A stretch of 64,000 nt of DNA, taken from an uncultured Spirochaetota bacterium. Lineage in GTDB: Bacteria > Spirochaetota > Spirochaetia > SZUA-6 > Fen-1364. Within the stretch, counting starts at the first letter, position 1. Each line of letters starts with the position of its first letter. Shown in pieces: positions 61,660 through 64,000 of the stretch. Position numbers and translations under genes: made by a program. Where the stretch lies: assembly GCA_963768665.1 (NCBI GenBank), contig CAVYIU010000007.1, positions 512,494 through 576,493 on the forward strand, given 5' to 3'. Under the pieces are notes generated by a model. It saw only the letters and a list, made by a program, of their open reading frames with translations. It did no database searches and was not told the origin of the DNA.

Positions 61660-62046
61660 GTCGCTCCCACGAACGCCGGCCCCTCGCCCTGGCGCGCCAC
61701 GTCACGTCCCCCGGACGGTCTGCGCGAAATTGTCGATGATTGCTTTTCGTTCAGGGATGGAAAGCCCCGGGGTACCGTGGCGCAGGCCGCCAGGGCCCCG
61801 AAGACCTTGCCGAACTCGGCGTTGTACCTGGCCTCGATCTGTTCGGGCGGCGAGACCTTGCAGGAAGAGAGGGGCACCTTTGAAGCCTCCGTTGTTGCTG
61901 TGAACACTGCCCGGCCCTGCTTGTTGCGGACCAGCTCGTCCCTCGCTACTATGAAGCAGCGGACATCATCTGCCAAGGGCTGAGTGAGGGCTTCGGACGT
62001 ACGCACCACGATTCTGACCATTCACGCGCAGTGAGGAAGGACATGC

Positions 62047-63370
62047 ATGAACACGACAGCGACTGTTGACAACCGGCACATCCGCACGACGCTTCGGCTC
62101 CTCGACAGCCTTTTTGGCGGTCAATCCCCGGAGAGGGTCGGCGTGCGACGTGTGGGACGGCAGGAAATGGCCGGGAACGACGGGACCCGCCCGGCGACGC
62201 TGGTCCTCAGGCATCCCGGGGCACTGCGAGCCATGTTCGCAGCGGGAGGCGAGCTGGCTCTCTCGGAAGCGTACCTGTACGATGACTTCGACATCGAAGG
62301 CAGCATCGAGAGTGTCTTCGACCTTGCAGGGGCGCTGGCCTCGCGCACCTCCGGTTGGCGCGCGAAGCTCTCCCTCCTGGCGGACCTTCGGCGGCTGCCC
62401 GGGCCCCGGGCACCGCGGCGCGGCCAGGCGCGGGCCTGCCCGGCTCCGCGGCAGGCAGCACTCGGTGCAGCGGGACCGCGAAGCGGTTCGTTACCACTAC
62501 GATGTCTCCAACGATTTCTACCGCCTGTTCCTCGACGAACGAATGGTGTACTCCTGCGCCTATTTTGCGTCCGCCGACATCGGCCTGGAGGAGGCGCAGC
62601 TGGCCAAGCTCGACCTGGTCTGCCGCAAGCTGCGGCTGAAGCCGGGACAGCGGCTGCTGGATGTGGGGTGCGGGTGGGGCGGCCTGGTCCTTCATGCCGC
62701 CGCGAACTACGGGGTGGATGCCACGGGGATCACCTTGAGCGCCCCACAGGTCGAGCTCGCAAACAGGCGCATAGCCGAGGCCGGCCTTGCCGAGAGGTGC
62801 CGGGTCCAGCTGCTCGATTACCGGGAGGTGCGTGAAGACCATCCGTTCGACGCGCTGGTCAGCGTCGGCATGTTCGAGCACGTCGGCCAGGCGATGCTTC
62901 CCGGATACTTCGGAAAAGCCGCGCGGCTGCTGAAGCGCGGCGGGGTGTTTCTCAACCACGGCATTGCCTCGCGAGCAACCGACCCGGTCGTGCATGGGCC
63001 GAGCTTCAGCGACGCCTACGTTTTCCCTGACGGCGAGCTGGTGCCCATCAACGGGACGCTCCGCGCCGCGGAGGAGACCGGCTTCGAGGTGCGCGACGTC
63101 GAAAGCCTTCGCGAGCACTACGCGCTGACCCTCCGTCACTGGGTGAGGCGGCTGGAGGAACGCCATGCACAGGCCCTGCAGCACGTCGACGAGGCCACGT
63201 ATCGCGTCTGGAGGCTGTACATGGCGGGCTCTGCCCACGGCTTCACGAGAAGGAGGCTGAACGTCTACCAGGCTCTCCTGGCGTTGCCCGATTCCGATGG
63301 TGCAAGCGGGTTGCCCCTGACCAGGACGGACTGGTATGCTGCCGAGCGGGTGCGTTCGGGAGGACTTTGA
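62047..63370 (+). CDS. cfa: Cyclopropane-fatty-acyl-phospholipid synthase family SAM methyltransferase (frameshifted)
   Basis: HYDVSNDFY, MVYSCAYF, LLDVGCGWG, SVGMFEHVG, YVFPDGEL, HYALTL, WRLYM. Confidence 0.9.
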
Positions 63371-64000
63371 TGCTTGAGCGTGTACGATTCGGCCGCACCG
63401 GCCTCATGGTGACGAAGCTCGCATTCGGCGGGATCCCCATTCAAAGGCTCTCGCGCGCGGATGGAATACGGCTCGTGAAGGATACCTTGGAGCTCGGCAT
63501 CAACTTCATCGACACCGCCCACGGCTATGGGCACAGCGAGGAGCTCATCGGCGAGGCAGTGCAAACGGTGCGGCGCGACAGCGTCGTCATTGCCACGAAG
63601 TCGCCGGCATCTGACAAGAAGACGCTTCTGGCCGATCTGGATGAAAGCCTGCGACGGCTGCGCACTGATCACGTCGACATCTTCCAGCTCCATAACGTCG
63701 CATCCAGGGAGAAGATGGCAGCGGTGATGGGCCCGCAGGGAGCATTCGAAGGCATGAAGGAAGGCATGCGCGCCGGCAAGGTGCGTTTCGCGGCCTTCAG
63801 CACGCACAGCCTGCCCATGGCGATCGAGATAATCAGGACAGGGTGCTTCGACGCAGTCCAGGTCCCGTTCAATTTCGTGGATTTCCAGGCGGTTGAGGAA
63901 GTGATCCCGCTTGCCCGCAGTGCCGACATGGGCGTCATCGCGATGAAACCTCTTGGAGGCGGCCTCCTGGAAGACGTGCGGCTCTGCTTTCGGTACCTGT
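63370..64000 (+). CDS. Aldo/keto reductase (partial, runs off the window)
   Basis: Own translation from ATG 63370: MLERVRFGRTGLMVTKLAFGGIPI...GINFIDTAHGYGHSEELIG...IATK...SLRRLRTDHVDIFQLH...AMKPLGGG. Confidence 0.9.
   Translation, partial: MLERVRFGRTGLMVTKLAFGGIPIQRLSRADGIRLVKDTLELGINFIDTAHGYGHSEELIGEAVQTVRRDSVVIATKSPASDKKTLLADLDESLRRLRTDHVDIFQLHNVASREKMAAVMGPQGAFEGMKEGMRAGKVRFAAFSTHSLPMAIEIIRTGCFDAVQVPFNFVDFQAVEEVIPLARSADMGVIAMKPLGGGLLEDVRLCFRYL

Noticed and set aside
2023-63370. Programmed frameshifting or mass pseudogenisation
   Set aside because: The shifts fall mostly in short G/C runs across unrelated gene families, with no slippery-site or stimulator pattern. Sequencing error is the simpler explanation.
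1-64000. CRISPR arrays, tRNA/rRNA, IS elements, prophage or defence systems
   Set aside because: No regularly spaced repeats, structural RNA signatures, transposase, integrase or nuclease genes were seen by eye. Intergenic spaces are short and mostly explained.

Overview
High-GC bacterial DNA, densely coding with about 52 genes. The style of the transporters and lipoprotein suggests a free-living anaerobe such as a Spirochaetia-like organism, but this is inference only. No rRNA, tRNA, CRISPR array, transposase or phage gene is visible. At least 14 genes carry single-base frameshifts, mostly in G/C runs and densest at 58.7-62.4 kb, which looks like long-read consensus error rather than real decay. 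The left end holds a sugar ABC transporter, MATE, gpmA, rpiB, an RraA-type aldolase, GNAT and a RACo/ASKHA corrinoid activator. The core (about 9.5-56 kb) is a catabolic island with three Opp/Dpp-type ABC systems, four peptidases (M42, M29, M28, M24), two paralogous MLE-subgroup enolases, a DapA-like lyase, ALDH, Fe-S serine dehydratase, GH36, GH31, a sulfatase, a beta-helix protein, two UroD-like proteins, orphan dmpFG and an AprAB-like flavoprotein/ferredoxin pair. The right end holds a split ADP-forming acyl-CoA synthetase, GH18, GH4 melA, HdeD, cfa and an aldo/keto reductase. The best sequence-level discoveries are: a shared 18-bp operator (TTTGTCwACAAGAyAAAT) at two promoters flanking a tandem-HTH GntR; a 32-codon vestige of a deleted Xaa-Pro peptidase paralog that appears to drive GH31 translation by coupling; three apparently leaderless genes; and terminator-to-promoter modules inside ABC operons. 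The candidate undescribed system is a co-regulated pathway for modified (glycosylated, sulfated or methylated) peptides or amino acids. Its substrate cannot be determined from sequence alone.
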